Shown: one piece after another, positions 48,095 through 61,300 of the stretch
Numbering within the stretch: the first letter of the stretch is position 1
Layout: every line of letters begins with the position of its first letter
Assembly (NCBI RefSeq): GCF_004010195.1
Contig: NC_057711.1
Span: 74,850,433-74,914,432 of the forward strand
Direction: 5' to 3'
From: Chiloscyllium plagiosum
Taxonomy: Eukaryota
Length of the DNA stretch: 64,000 nucleotides
The notes under the pieces: model-generated
What the model was told of the DNA's origin: nothing
Seen by the model: only the letters and a program-made list of their open reading frames with translations
Database searches by the model: none
Program-made: the position numbers and the translations under genes

Positions 48095-51000
48095 AACACA
48101 AATTCCCAGCTCGGTGAACAGAACCACAACAAGGAGCATCCGAGCTACAAATCTTTTCACAAACTATAACAGCAGCATATTTGGACAATCAATCTAATCA
48201 AGCAGAGTTCAGCATGGCTTCATGAAAGGGAAATCATGTCTGACAAATTTATTAGAGTTTTTTGAGGAACTTAACTTTCCCGTTATTTTTGTGTCATCTG
48301 CAAATCTGGCAACAATACATTCACTTCCTTCCCCAAAGTCATTAATATATTTTGTAAATAATTGTGGTCCTAGCACTAATCCCTGTGTAACCCCACTGGC
48401 CACAGTCATCAAACTGAAAAAGGGCCCTTGATTAGTACTGACTGTGTCCTGCCCATTAACCAATTCTCTATCCGCAATAGTGTACTACCTCCAACACCAA
48501 TGTCTGACAAATTTATTAGAGTTTTTTGAGGAACTCTCAAAGCAGATTGGATAGAGGGAAACAAGTAGATGTGCTGTATTTGAACTTCTGGAAGGTATTC
48601 AACAATATACCTCAGAAAAGGTTAAGCTATAAGATAAGAGCCGACGGGTGTTAGAGATACTGCATTGTTGTGGATAGAGAATTGGCTAATGGAAAGTAAA
48701 TAACCAGTGCTGATAAAAGGTTCTTTTTCAGGTTGTATTGTAGCCAAATTTGCAAATGATACAAAGTGGGTGGAAAGTCAAAATGCAAAAGTGATGCAAA
48801 TAAGTTGCAGAGATATTGAGTAAGAATGGGCAAAACGTTGGCAAATGGAGTATAATGTGGGAAAATGTGATGTTGTTCATTTTGGAAGGGAGACAAAAGA
48901 AAAGAGTATTATTTAAATGGAGCTAAACTACAGAAAGCTGCAACACAAGGTACTTGAGGGTACTCAAACACAAAATTAGAGAAAGCTAATAGAATGTTAG
49001 CCCTGATTTCAAGGGTAGTTGGAGTATAAGAGTAGGGAAGTCTTACTGCAACTGTACACAGTGCTAGTGAGACAATATTTGAAGTACTTTGAATAGATTT
49101 GGTCCATTTATTTAAGGAGAATATAATTTCACAGAGGCAATTCAGAGAAGCTTCATGACGATGATCCCTGGTATTGAGGATTGTCTCTTTAAGCAAAGGC
49201 TACACAGGTTGGGGGTCGACTCATCAGAGTCTAAAAGAATGAGAGGTGACCTTATTGAAACACATAGAATTCTTATGGAGCTTGACAGGGTAAATACTGA
49301 GAGGATGTTCTCCCTCCTGGGACAGTCTAGACTAGAGGGCATTTTAGACTGAGATGAGAAGGACTTTCTTCTTTCAGGGAATTGTAATTCTTTAGAACTC
49401 CTTGCCACAAACAGCTATGGGGACAGAGTCCTCATGTATATTTAAGGCAGAGATAGATAGAGGCTTCTTCTTAATAGGAGAATCAAGGGTTATGGGGAAA
49501 ATGCAAGAAAGAGGACATAAGAATGTAGGATCAGCCATGATCCTATTGAATGGTGGAATCGGTTTGACAGACTGGAAGGCTTACTCCTGTTCCTATTTCT
49601 TATGGGTCCTATGGTCTTTATTGCCACTTCCTCCAAGCACCCTAAATCTCAACAATCAGAAGCAGACAAAATATTTTTCATAGACACCTAACTTGACAGT
49701 GGCTGAACCAGGTTATGATTCAAGCTCTACAAATTGGAAGTGTTTTGGACCATGATCAACATAGGACTATTATTATTCACCCCAAATTGGGTGAATGAAA
49801 CTATGCAGTTCCATTGACTTTGAAAATCTATAAACAGTGCATATTCATGGAGATGTAATAGCCTTTGGTTTAAGTAGCAGTTAAATAATTTCCATCTCTG
49901 ACGTACTGTCCTCCTGCACTGAAGAATTCTTTTTGGAAACTTACAAATATCTATTCTGAATATTTAAGTCCACAACTTGTAAAACCTAGTTTGTTGTATG
50001 ATTGTTGGACAATATTATGGAGATATTCAATAATAGAAAAATAGTATCTTACATTTAAATAGTGTCTTTGATGCAGAAAGTATCTCAAAACTGTCTTTTT
50101 CTGGTAAGAGGAATTAAAGTTATTAGCTCTCGTGTAATACAGAGCCGACTGGGAGATCCCATATACAATAATAGATGGCAATCTGAAAAATGCTGCAAGT
50201 GTCACCAGTTACATCCTGACAGGTTCCCAACTTATAAAAGTTCATGGGCCTGGCTATCTTCAATGGTATTAAAAATGTTGTCCTCACCCTGCTGGAACGT
50301 TACAATTGTGCAACTGGCAGGTTTTATGAAGGATCTCCTTTGTCAAGTGGAGATGCTGACTTGCTGTTCCTCACTGAGGTTCAAGCAAGGGAAATATCTG
50401 TTGTAAACCGAAACTAACATAGTCTCTTTCTCCCTTTACTCCTGCTCGCTCTTCTAGCAGCCTGTCCTTTTTGTGCATCAGCTCTGCTCATTCCCCCAGA
50501 CATGCTGCCTTCCACCAAAGATACAAACCACTTCACCCATGTCTGAGACCATCTGGTTTGCACAGAATACTTGAAACCAAGACAAACTCCTTCAGTGCAT
50601 GACACCCTACTCCTCTGCATGTTATTAACTTTAAATGGCTGGAAATCATTGAACCTGTCCATAACAGTCACAATTAGCAAGCAACCTGAAATAAATTGAT
50701 GATCATTTTGAATATCACTAATGGAGGTAGGCCAGTCATTTCAGTTGCTGAGTGCATGTTCAGTTGTGAATGATTAAGAGATGGCATTGTCTGGAGCATT
50801 AAGTTCCAAGATGGCAACACTGCCATCAAATCAACACTGCACACTGACTTCATAATCTACCTATGCCATATAGTTCTGAAGAACACACATTATAGGAGCA
50901 TTAATGTTCTCACCAAAGCAACTGATTAAACTAAGGAGCAAATGTCCTTAATCTTAACCAGAGTTTAAACCAAGTGTAGGTTAACAAATTTAATCAATGG

Positions 51001-52469
51001 CAAAACGTATAGCAAAAGAGAAATCAAGAGGAAATTAAAGACGGAATTCAGAGAGAGGTAAAAATGAAATAAGCAAAAACTAAAATAAACCTTTAAAACA
51101 ATAACTATATTAGTTTCTACATAGCAAAAAAGTAAATGTTCTGTGGTATTGATGTTGTTTAGCAGATAATAAAACATCATGCTATTCAAAATTAATTTGC
51201 ACTTGAATTAACAAATGCTGGCATTTTCTTGTATACTCGGTAGAGTTAGTTAGTAAACATTGCAAATTTGTACCACGTGAGGTGCAAATCTCTCAGCAAT
51301 ATCCCAGCTTAGTGAGACTTCTGGAGGGCTGAGGGATCCCGTTCAGCAATGCTCCTTGCTACTTTGCATGTTCAGAGATCTGAAGTTGCTGCCTGATGTA
51401 TGCCTTAATGAAAGTGAGAGGCAATCCTATATCATTATTTCTACTACAGAAGCTGAAGTAATATCAGCTATGGCCTTTCAAATGATCAGCTGGAAGGAAT
51501 TGCAGCTTATTCTAGGCAGCGGATTACACAAGCAGTCTGACAATGTAGAGATAGTAAAAGAACTGATTATGAGGCTCAGCTGGATTCTGTCAGTCTAGAT
51601 GTGGAAGTTGACCCCTCAACTATGAACTATGATGATAGAAAAATGTAATGAAGATGAGGAGAGGTCAAGGATTGATTCAAAGTGGGCTCTAATTGTAGCG
51701 GATTGGTGTCATGGTAGCAAGGCAAACCATGTTGGAAAAAGATTGCTTCCAATTGGATTGCTGGGAGATAATCACATGAAAGTAGTGGCATTAAGCTGGA
51801 CAATAGAGGACAATGTCATTGACCTGAAACATGACTTATGTTTCTCTCTGCACAGATGCTGCCAAAGTTGGTGAGTGTTTCCAGCATTTTCTGTTTATGG
51901 TCACGATTAATGATGCAGAAATATTGAAGAATTTTACGATCAACAATTCATCAACTGGAAAAGTCTTGAGGATTGAAAAATTGTATAGCCACAGTCACAG
52001 AGGACTTCCTTTTGTGACAAAAACAGAAATTGGTGGAGAAACGCAGCAGGTCTGGCAGTGAGCCCAGTGACATTTCTGCAGAATTTCTGGATTTATTCTA
52101 CTTTTGCTGATAGGGCAAGAATAAAAGCCTAATTAACAAGGTTCAATCAGTAAATAGTGGGAAAATTGGGCATGGATTTCATGGTGATGATACATTCTAG
52201 GTCTTTGAGAGGAAGGGAGATTGGAGACGGAATAATAATTAACAAGGACTGTGATGTCCTGGTTGAGGTTTATTGAATGGAATTTGATGATGCTAGGTGT
52301 AAAAGAGAGAATTTGATAAAACTTGAAAAGAGGAAACTCCCATTTACAATGTTAGGTAGCTTGCAGGTATTTTTGTCCCTTTAGAGACTACACATTTTTA
52401 AAAGGAAACATGCATTGCCCACAGCTAAGATAAAGAATTAAAGACAAGACTTCACATTTTAATACAAAA

Positions 52470-53120
52470 CAACATGAAACCATAAGACTGCAAATACTGA
52501 AAATCTGAATTAAAAAAAAACAAAATGCTGGGAACACTCAGCAGATCAGGCAGCGTTGGTGGAGAGAAACAAAGTGAACTTTCAGGCTGATGAACTTTCA
52601 ATAGAACTTCAGAAAAATAGGAACATATGAATTTTAAAGGCAATAGGTGAGGGAAGAGCTTGTAAAGAATAAAGCAGAAAATGAAGGCCAGGAGAGATTA
52701 AATTACAAAAGATTTCATGATGTAACAGCCAAACAGAGAGGAATGGGTATTGTAAAGAAACATAAGTTGTGCATAATGGAGCATAGAATGCTGTACAAAA
52801 AGCTGTGAATATGATGTGGAGGGATAAAGAAAGAAACAGCTGAAGACCAAATCAAAAACCAAATGAAAGTAAAAAAAATGAAATAACACATAGAGAATGA
52901 TGAAGGCAAAGGGTGGACCTAAAGTTAGTGAAATGAATTAAAAGGCTACAGGGTACCAAGTGAAATGATTAGGTATCGTTCCTTGAAATTGATTGGACTT
53001 CACTGGAAGACTGAAGCAGACCACTGACAGGAACACCCTGCAAGGAAGGAAGGTGAAGAATTAAAAGAACAAGCAATCTGGAGGTCAGGATTGTCCTTGC
53101 GGACTAAATGAAGGTACTAT
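52470..53120 (-). mobile_element. Old PLE 3' remnant (GIY-YIG C-terminus, UTR, terminal repeat)
   Basis: Reverse translation near 53070-53118 YLHLVRKDNPDLQIACSFNS resembles EHLRSVRK.DPDLPVACHFNS; terminal AATGCTGGGAACACTCAGCAGATCAGGCAGC. Confidence 0.7.
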
Positions 53121-53839
53121 GCTCTAGTGATGCTTCAAAGGATAGACTTCAATGTTTGCCATCTAGAATGATTCAACAGAATCACTACTAACTAAGCTGC
53201 TCAAGTCCTAAAGAACCTAACTGCTAGACTGGGTTTGCAAATAGGTACCGAAAAGTGGTAAAACTTGATTGTCCTGATTCTGACCAATTCACCTGTTGTG
53301 GATATATCTGCCATGAAGTATTGATGATCATCACACAGTCACAAAGCACTATCTTCACATTGAGGATTCTCTTGATTGTGTTATGTGGGATTACCACTGT
53401 ACAAAACAGGGCAAAATTGTTTCAGACAGCTCAGTCAACTCAAAATTGGAGATCACTGAGGCACTGTGGAACATTAGCCATAGCAGAATCATGTTCAATC
53501 ACTACATTTAATTCATGAACCAGCATTTCCCTGGCTCTACCATTACCATCAAGCCATGATATTAATCCTAGTTAAATGAAGAGTATAGGAGGACTTGCCA
53601 AAAGAAGAATGAGCAGAGAACAGTGAGCAGAAATATATGTGGCAACTATTGTAAACAGAAGAAATGTAAGTAAAAATGATCATTATTTTTCATGACTGGA
53701 GGAAATGCTTCGGCAGGAATGTTGCAGAAAGGATTTGGGACCCTGGAGTGACTTTGCAATAAAGTCATGGCTTTGTTTCCCACATGGTATAAATAGCACA
53801 GTATGGCCAGAGTTCATGAAGAATTTCAGACTGAAGACC

Positions 53840-54405
53840 TGTGACCAGTGGTGTGTCACAAGGATATGTTCTTGATCCAATGCTTTTCGTCACTTATATA
53901 AATAATTTGGATGTGAACCTAGAAGGTATGGTTGGTAAGTTTGCAGATGACCCCAAAATTAGAAGTGTAGTGGACAGCAAACAAAGTTACCTCCGAGTAC
54001 AATGGGATCGTTATCAAATGGGTCAATGGGCTGAGGAGGAGCAGCAGATGGAGGTTAATTTAAATAAGTTTGATGTGCTGCATTTTGGAAAGGCAAATCA
54101 CGGAAAGACTTATACACTTATTGGTAAGGTCCTGGGGAATGTTTCTGAATAAAGAGACTTTGGAGTGCAGGTTTATAGTTCCTTGGAAGTGGAGTCACGG
54201 GTAGACAGGATAGTGAAGAAAGCGTTTAGTACACCTTCATTTGTTGGTCAGTGCATTGAGTATAGGAGATAGGAGGTATGCTGTGTCTGTGCAGGACATT
54301 AGTTAGGCCACAATTGGAATACTACATTCAATCGTGGTCTCCCTGATATGTAGGAAGGATGTTGTGAAACTTGAAAGGATTCAGAGAAGATTTACAAGGA
54401 TATGA
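53840..54405 (+). mobile_element. CR1 RT remnant
   Basis: ORF 53841-54152 TSGVSQGYVLDPMLFVTYINNLD...KFADDPKI. Confidence 0.88.
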
Positions 54406-54420
54406 TTTTCAGGGATTTAC

Positions 54421-54722
54421 AGGGACTCGGGTTCAATTCCTGCCTTGGGCAACTGTCTGTGTAACGTTTGCACATTCTCCCTGTGTCTATATGGGTTTCC
54501 TCCAGGTGCTCCGGTTTCCTTCCACAATCCAAAGATGTGCTTTAATTGGCCATGCTGAATTGTCCCTAGTGTGTTCAGGAATGTGTAGGTTGGGGCGTTA
54601 GTCAGGGTAAATATAGGATAATAGGGGAATGAGTCTGGATAGGTTACTCTTCGGAGGGTCAGTGTGGACTTGTTGGGCCGAAGGGCCTGTTTCCATACTG
54701 TAGGGGCTCGATGATTCTATGA
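54421..54722 (+). mobile_element. HE1-type V-SINE lacking the A-box
   Basis: GGGTTCAATTCC, V-domain, GGGCCGAAGGGCCTGTTTCC tail. Confidence 0.85.
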
Positions 54723-55251
54723 ATAGAAAGGAGAATGCTCAAAAATCCAAAAATGTCAGTTCAGGAAATAGTCTCTTAAAATTGTAACAAAAGATCAGAA
54801 TCAAATATCTCTTGAATTGCCACCTAAAATTTAATAGGGTGTTAACATGCAATAACTATAATTCTGCAGAAGCCTTAGTTCAAAGGCAGTTCTTGATTTT
54901 GCCTTCTCTTTGACCAGTCTGTCTTCAACACAGTTGTGGCTGGTCACTGGTTGGGCCACCATACCAATAAGAATTGTAGATCTCTGAGATCTTCTTGGTA
55001 CAGAATGAATATGAACAGGAGCTGGACATGCTTAGTGAAGAGGGGGCAGTTAGGACCCAGAAACCAAAGGCTATTGCAATAATGTTGGGCATCATAAGAA
55101 TCATGGATGCTGGTAGGAAGATTCTGCAGAAAGGGAGGAAAAAAATGAGTTGAGGCAGGAAGAATTACTTAGTATAGGACATGAACAATTTGATGCATCG
55201 GCCCATATCTTCCAGACTTGCAGCTGTGCAGGAAGTTTAAACTGCCATTGG

Positions 55252-55572
55252 GCTGGTTAGGTGAATTGGCCATGCTATTGTGCCCAGGAATGTGCAGGTT
55301 AAGTGCTTAATCAGAGATAAATGTAGGAATGGGTCTAGGTGGGTTACTCTTCAGAGGGTCGGAGTGGACTTGTTGGGGTGAATGGCCAGTTTCCACACTG
55401 TAGGAATTCTAATTCCAATTCTAATATCTTTGAACGGTGGGAAGAAGCCTGAACACCTGGAGGAAACCCACGCAGATACAGGGAGACTGTGCAAACTCCA
55501 CATAGACAGTTGCCCGAGGATAGAATTGAACCCAGGTGCTGTGAGGCAGAGGTGCTAAGCACTGATCCACCA
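55252..55572. mobile_element. HE1-type SINE halves in opposite orientations
   Basis: 3' half on + (55252-55423), 5' half on - (55424-55572). Confidence 0.82.
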
Positions 55573-55579
55573 TTAATTT

Positions 55580-58400
55580 TTCCCAGACAGCTATTAATCT
55601 TAACTGTGTTGGAGCCCTCAAATGTTTTCAGACACTGGCAAATTGTCCACTGGAGATATAAATTTCCAAACCAATTCCCATGAAGTCAGTTGCATCAGGG
55701 ATTCCACATGGTCCAAACACCAACTCCAGTCTGTGCTACTTCGAATATTCTCAAGCCACCAGAATATCTGGGCCAATCTTTGGTACCTGGCTGTTGGTAC
55801 ACAGTGGGGGGTAATCCATATTAATTAAAAGGGTTTGAACTCACGTTGAGATACCTTTGAAGCAGGTAGGGGAGTCTTCAGCATTCTTTCTCTAATAATC
55901 AATTTTATTGAGCTTCCTTAGTTGTGTCTGTTATTTTCTGAAGGATGAGATTTCTGTTGCCTATTCTTAGACAGTTTCGGAGCATTCAAACACAGGCAGC
56001 AGTGAGGTTCTGCAGCTACCCACACACATCGTCTGTTAATCTACTTCGGACATTTTCCAAAACATGTCCCTTTATGTGGACCCAGTAAGTTCTCCAACCA
56101 TTTTAAAACACAGTATTCTGGCACATTTAAAGCTGTTTTCTTTCAATGAAACTACCACATATTAAATCCGTTAATGAAATTAAAAATTAATAATCCATAT
56201 ATTGCACCTTTGTGCCACTGAACAAAGTGAAAACAAATTGTGGTCCATCATCTGGAGTGGTAGTCTCTGGCAAATGCCACATAGTAAATGATTTATTTAG
56301 AATGTCGATGCCCAAACTGGTGACTGTGGAAAGTTTTGTAGTTTTATCTGGCCATTTGTTATGTAGATCATGAAAAACAAGCAAGAAATGTTGCTGTTCA
56401 GCTCATGTGAAATCATTGTGATCACCTATCTTTGATATCGCAAGCCACTTTGCTTTCATTGGTGTTGTCTACAATAGTAGTATAACCCTGCTTCATGTCA
56501 GCTACTTATTTGCAAGAATTTGCAGGATATTCAACCTCACCGTTGTACTGGTGAAGATGATCTAACCATCTGTAGAGGTGGATAATTAGATCTTGATCTG
56601 GTTTACAGTGTTAGGCAGTACTTAGTGATCAATGCAAAGAGGGAAATGTTTGTCATAGAGGTACATGTGCCAATGCTTACATTCACAGAAAGAGACTACT
56701 GCTGTCTACTCTCCAGAAGATTATTTGTGTTCATCTTCTGAATATAATTGTGTCACATAAACAATTGATCATTTGCTTCCTTTAATGAATTATGACACCA
56801 CGATTCCAGATCTTGATGCATATATTGTAGTGTATGTTTTATATGTAGATTGAAATGTGTAATAACTAATGGCAAAGTTATCTTCAAATTTAGTGTGCCA
56901 AATGCTATTTGCTGTGTGAATATCTATTTGCTTCATCGTAACTTCGGAAAAGCTCCACAATCTCTGCACATTTAGGAAAAGATTTGTAATATAAGTTGGT
57001 AATACCAAAGTAGATTGCCAAATCAGTGCTAGAAATGTATAAATGGCTTTGACATTTATATATGAAGGTGTTACACCAGCTTCTGTCACTCTGTACCCAG
57101 GACTACTCAATCTTAAATACTACAACTGTACATTGTCCTTGTTGAGCATTAAATTATGTTGAACAAGTCAAGTGAGCACCTCTGATAACCGTCAGTAATA
57201 TTCTGCTTTGTCCCTTCCATGAGCAACAACATTGTCAGATAGTTTCAACATTCCCTCAGTGTCTCGTGAAATAGAATAAACATCTTCTGGAATGCACTCA
57301 GTGTTGAACTTTGCCTGTAGGCACTCTGTAAAACTGAAACACATCTTTGTGAGATTAACAAAAACTGTAAGTTATCGGCTTTGCTGTGCTTAATAATATC
57401 TGTAGATAGCTCAGATGCATGTTGAACATTATGTGAAGTCCTGACATTATGCCATTAAGAAGTGGTACTTATCTAGAATTACTGCCTTGCTAACCACCTC
57501 AAGCTGAAAGCTTAGTCTAAGTTCACGGATTTTATGCCACACAGATTATACGGATCCATATCCATGGCAATGAATTGATTCACTTAATAGTGCCATTGCC
57601 TCAAGTCATTTCAGCTCCTGTTACATCTCGATATTTCACATTTTGTGAAACTGGTAGAACTGACATGTTGGATTGAGGAGCATGTGAGTATACCTTAAGG
57701 TCCCCAAACTCCAGAATACAGTTGTGCATACTGTGTAATCAATTACATTACTGTGTGTCTCATTGAGTTCTGCAAGGTTGAAGCTGGACTTCTCAAACAG
57801 TTTTACCCTGATTAGGCTTCTGCCTTCAACTAAGAAAATTAACCTGCTAATGATGATTGTTTTGTGGTGTGCTGGAATTATGCTGCTTCCCAAAACCAGT
57901 ACAAGAGCGACATTGTAAGCTGGAAGAAGGTTTGTCACAATTAGTGAACATTGAAGTCCTCTTCTTCAACAAGTTACATACATCTGCAAACTCATTCCAC
58001 TTTAATCGTGAATTCGACTTTTATTTCAAGTTCAACATGGTTTTGTGAATTGATAGGTATCTCTGCACTTGGAGACTTTCTTGGAGATCTCGGACTCTAA
58101 TACACTCTCTGGCATCTCTGGTGGAGCAGATTGTTTAATTACAGCACATTTCTTTGAGCCAAAGCATTTTTCAAGAGCACTTACTGCTCTATCAAGCATA
58201 AATGTCTCTTTCTTGAGTTGTTTAATAAACCTGTGCTCTTCTGCTCTGAGACAATGCATGGTGATCGTTTTCTTATAGGTTGCTACTCATGAATCTGGAT
58301 GGTCCACCCCCCTAATGAGTAAATAGGTCTTTAAACTGCAAAACCCAGAGATCAATCCCTTGGCATAGAAAGGAAAAGTGCTGGAGCTGATAAATTCAAA
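55580..58400 (-). mobile_element. Ancient Gypsy/Ty3 internal remnant (gag, RT, integrase)
   Basis: HCLRAEEHRF...AVSALEKCFGSKK (gag-like, 58032-58259), LSDNVVAHGRDK and PGYRVTEAGVTP (RT), DLHNKWP...LPETTTPDDGPQF (integrase core, 56187-56384), in gag-RT-IN order. Confidence 0.78.
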
Positions 58401-58899
58401 CTATTCTCCACTTTATCATCAATTGTAGTGGTGTATTCCTTGGAGATACGCAAATATAATGCCAGGTTCAATGTATGAAAAGAAATTTATTCGGTGCTTT
58501 AAAATGTATGCAAGATAGGCTGCCATTTTGATTTTAGTTTATGTTTCTCAGGCACAATACCTTGGATTGACTAATAGCACTAATCTGAGACTTAACATAT
58601 TCAAGCACTATCCTAATAATCTCTCATCCTCAGTTGTCTAAATAATGTGCAATGTTTTGATTCACATTGCACGTTTCATTTTAAATACCACGGTTGGTCT
58701 TCTTTCTTGGAGGCTACTACAGTCCAAGGAACTTGTTCAATTGCAACAGAGCCTTGCCTTTTTGTTCTTCAACTTGTATTCCATCTGTTCTGAACTGTCT
58801 GAATAGCATTCAAAGTTTTGACTTGCAACTCATTAAAATTGTGAACATTGAAGTCCTCTTCTTCAACAAGTTGCACACCTCTGCAAACTCATTCCACTT

Positions 58900-61300
58900 T
58901 AATCATAAATTTGACGTTTTTACATTAAAATGTTACTGATTTAACTTATGTTGTGGACCTCCTTTTAGTTCACAATCATACTTTATGAAGAATATATTTA
59001 ATATTTCTGCTATATTCAGATTTTCAGTGTAAGCTAAATTTCCACACATTGATTATGAATTGTTCTGCAACTGTTTTTGTGTTCAAGTTGGAGAATGCAA
59101 TTAAATCATTTTCACCAGCCTCATTTTGAAAGGTTTTAAATACTTATGATTTTTTAAACATGGCTAAAAATATTTTTACAACTCCCTTGAGGCTAGTACA
59201 TAGTTAACTATGTTCAACCTGCTTTTGCATCACTCCTAATTGTTTTAATTTTTGCATTTTGCCTTCTTTTAAAATAACTCTTCGTAGTATATTGTTTACT
59301 TTAGTCTCCTTAATCAGACACTGGCACGTTCAAAGGTTCATTTTTCTCAGGCAGTAAAATTGTTTCTCTATAAATCTTAAACAATCCTGCAAAGTATCAT
59401 GATTTCCTTTCGGTATTTACTTTTTAAAAAATTGTTTCTTCCATAGCCAGCAGCTTTCCAACAACATTCCCCTCCAAGTTCCCCTCTAAGTCACTCACCA
59501 CCCTGCCTTGAAAATATGCCGCTGTTCCTTCACAGTCGTTGGGTCAAAATCCTAGCATTCCCTCCCTACCGGCATTGTGGATCAACGAACAACAAGTGGA
59601 CGGAGCGATTCATGAAGTCAGTTCACCACCACCTTCTCAAGGGCAAATAGGGATGGACTATCAATGCTGGCCAGCCAATGACAACCAAGTCCCACAAATG
59701 AATAAAAAAAAGTTCCCCATACACATCCACCCTCGCCACCAAACCACCACAGGGTAACTCAAGCTCTTGCCATAGACATTCTTTGTTAGGCATACTTGGA
59801 TATTGGCATCTGTACATTTGAGCTTCAGTCCATTCATTTATTACAGTATTCAGTTCCTTGATCTGGTGATCATCAAAACACTAGAATTCACCCTTTAACC
59901 TGGATTTGTAAAGATAAAAATATTTTCTAAAAATCTGCTAAAAAGATAAATCTAATACATAAGCTCTGCCTGAGTTCTCTTTTCCAGCACTTATGTTAAG
60001 TCACTGATAACTGCAATGAAATTACCTGCACTTTCATCTCTCTCTTCAATTGCTTTGGTTTGTCCACTTTAACTTTGAAACATTTTGATTCCCTGCTGTT
60101 TATTTGTCTTGATCAATTCACAATCAAATTATTCTTCTATTCACGGACTGGCCATAATAGTTCTGACATATCACTTTTGTTGCATTTGTTTCTGACTGAA
60201 TTATTTGAATTAGGGTCCCTTTATGCTATTACTTCCATCCCATTTAAGATAACATGTCATTCATTAGCAGCAAGAACACTTTTCTGCTGAATTGAACAAT
60301 TTATCTTTCTGAAACATTCCAACCATAATGAAATTTGCCCGTTTATCTATCTTATGGTCAACGTGTTTAACTTTATTTTCATTTCTCCCTAGAGAAGAAG
60401 ACTATTATTGCAAGTACCTTGGAAAATAAACATGATAAGGCAACCTATTGACAAATGCACCAATGCATTCAATGCTTCTTTATGCCAATACAATCCACTA
60501 TAAATTAGAGGTAAGAAGCACTGATGAGAACATTTTCCATTGTTTACTGTTACTTTGCTCGCTGATGGACAATAACTATACATCCATTGAACAAGTATGA
60601 GAGATAATGTAATTAAAGCATAATCTCAAAAAAAACCACCATCTTAAAACCTTGAACTAAATATTCTTCTGGAAACAGTTTTTATAAGTATCCATTTAAC
60701 CAATCCGACTCATATCAGGTGGCAAGTTCAGGTGCAGTAGCAATATTTCCAATCTCATCCCCTTCACTCAGAAAATTGTGAATGATATTGATTGTAGCTA
60801 TTTTTGTAAGGCAACATCAATATGTATGTCATGAACTTTTAGCTTATGGGCATTTCTGCTTTACTAATCAAGTTCAATTTGACTCAAATGTTTCTCAAAA
60901 TGTCTAATGCTATGAAACTCCAACCCTCTCCCCGATTTTCAAACACATTGTAGGGGTAGAGGGAAATGTAATTTTCGATTCTCTGTTAGATTGTACATCT
61001 TCACTAAATGCAAAGCCAAATGTCCCAGAAACAGGTTACCAGATGAAAATGAAACTCAAAATTCTGAGACTACATACCAGGAACAGAGAAGTGAACAGTG
61101 TAAATGCGAACAGCACATTTGAGTTGAGGATGGCTCCCATACTAAAGAGTCCTGCTCCTTTGTCTGTGTGCTTGAACAGAAACCTTTGCTTATTTGAACT
61201 CCACAGACTGAAGCGGGTCTTTTCATGCAATAATAAGAAAATATAATAATAATAAACAGAATTTGTTCAGCTCACTTACTTCACTTACACATAATGATAA
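58900..61300 (-). mobile_element. Possible very old hAT transposase remnant
   Basis: Reverse translations HWCICQ*VALSC (CxxH-like, about 60440-60470) and IAFSNLNTK (about 59075-59100) resemble hAT motifs; very degenerate. Confidence 0.3.
59440..59710 (+). mobile_element. LINE 3' end remnant
   Basis: CAAGTTCCCCTCTAAGTCACTCACCA...CACCACCACCTTCTCAAGGGCAAATAGGGATGG...AATAAAAAAAA. Confidence 0.7.

Larger units (their letters stand above)
47651..48166 (-). mobile_element. PLE family D: GIY-YIG C-terminal fragment between 100-bp inverted pseudo-LTRs
   Basis: ORF 47707-48054 SLVATHADDKQHEFDWDNTTIIGQAKQRTAREFLEAWH...INKHIDLDPIY; arms 47651-47750 / 48031-48130; 12-bp TSD TAA(T/C)AGCAGCAT (47639-47650, 48167-48178). 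Confidence 0.9.
47520..49620 (+). mobile_element. CR1 LINE RT and 3' remnant with PLE insertion and inverted patch
   Basis: YMPISL..IVGKVLKS, QHGFMKGKSCLTNLLEFFEE, RMRGDLIETHRIL, CR1 tail. Confidence 0.88.

Noticed and set aside
5078..48166. Specific targeting of CR1 by PLE mini-elements
   Set aside because: Several copies lie in CR1 remnants, but CR1 covers much of the window and others (22012, 34728, 45298) do not; sample too small.
50150..50890. Possible plus-strand Gypsy fossil (CCKCHQLH, EIIEPV)
   Set aside because: Only two or three weak motifs; not supportable without a profile search.
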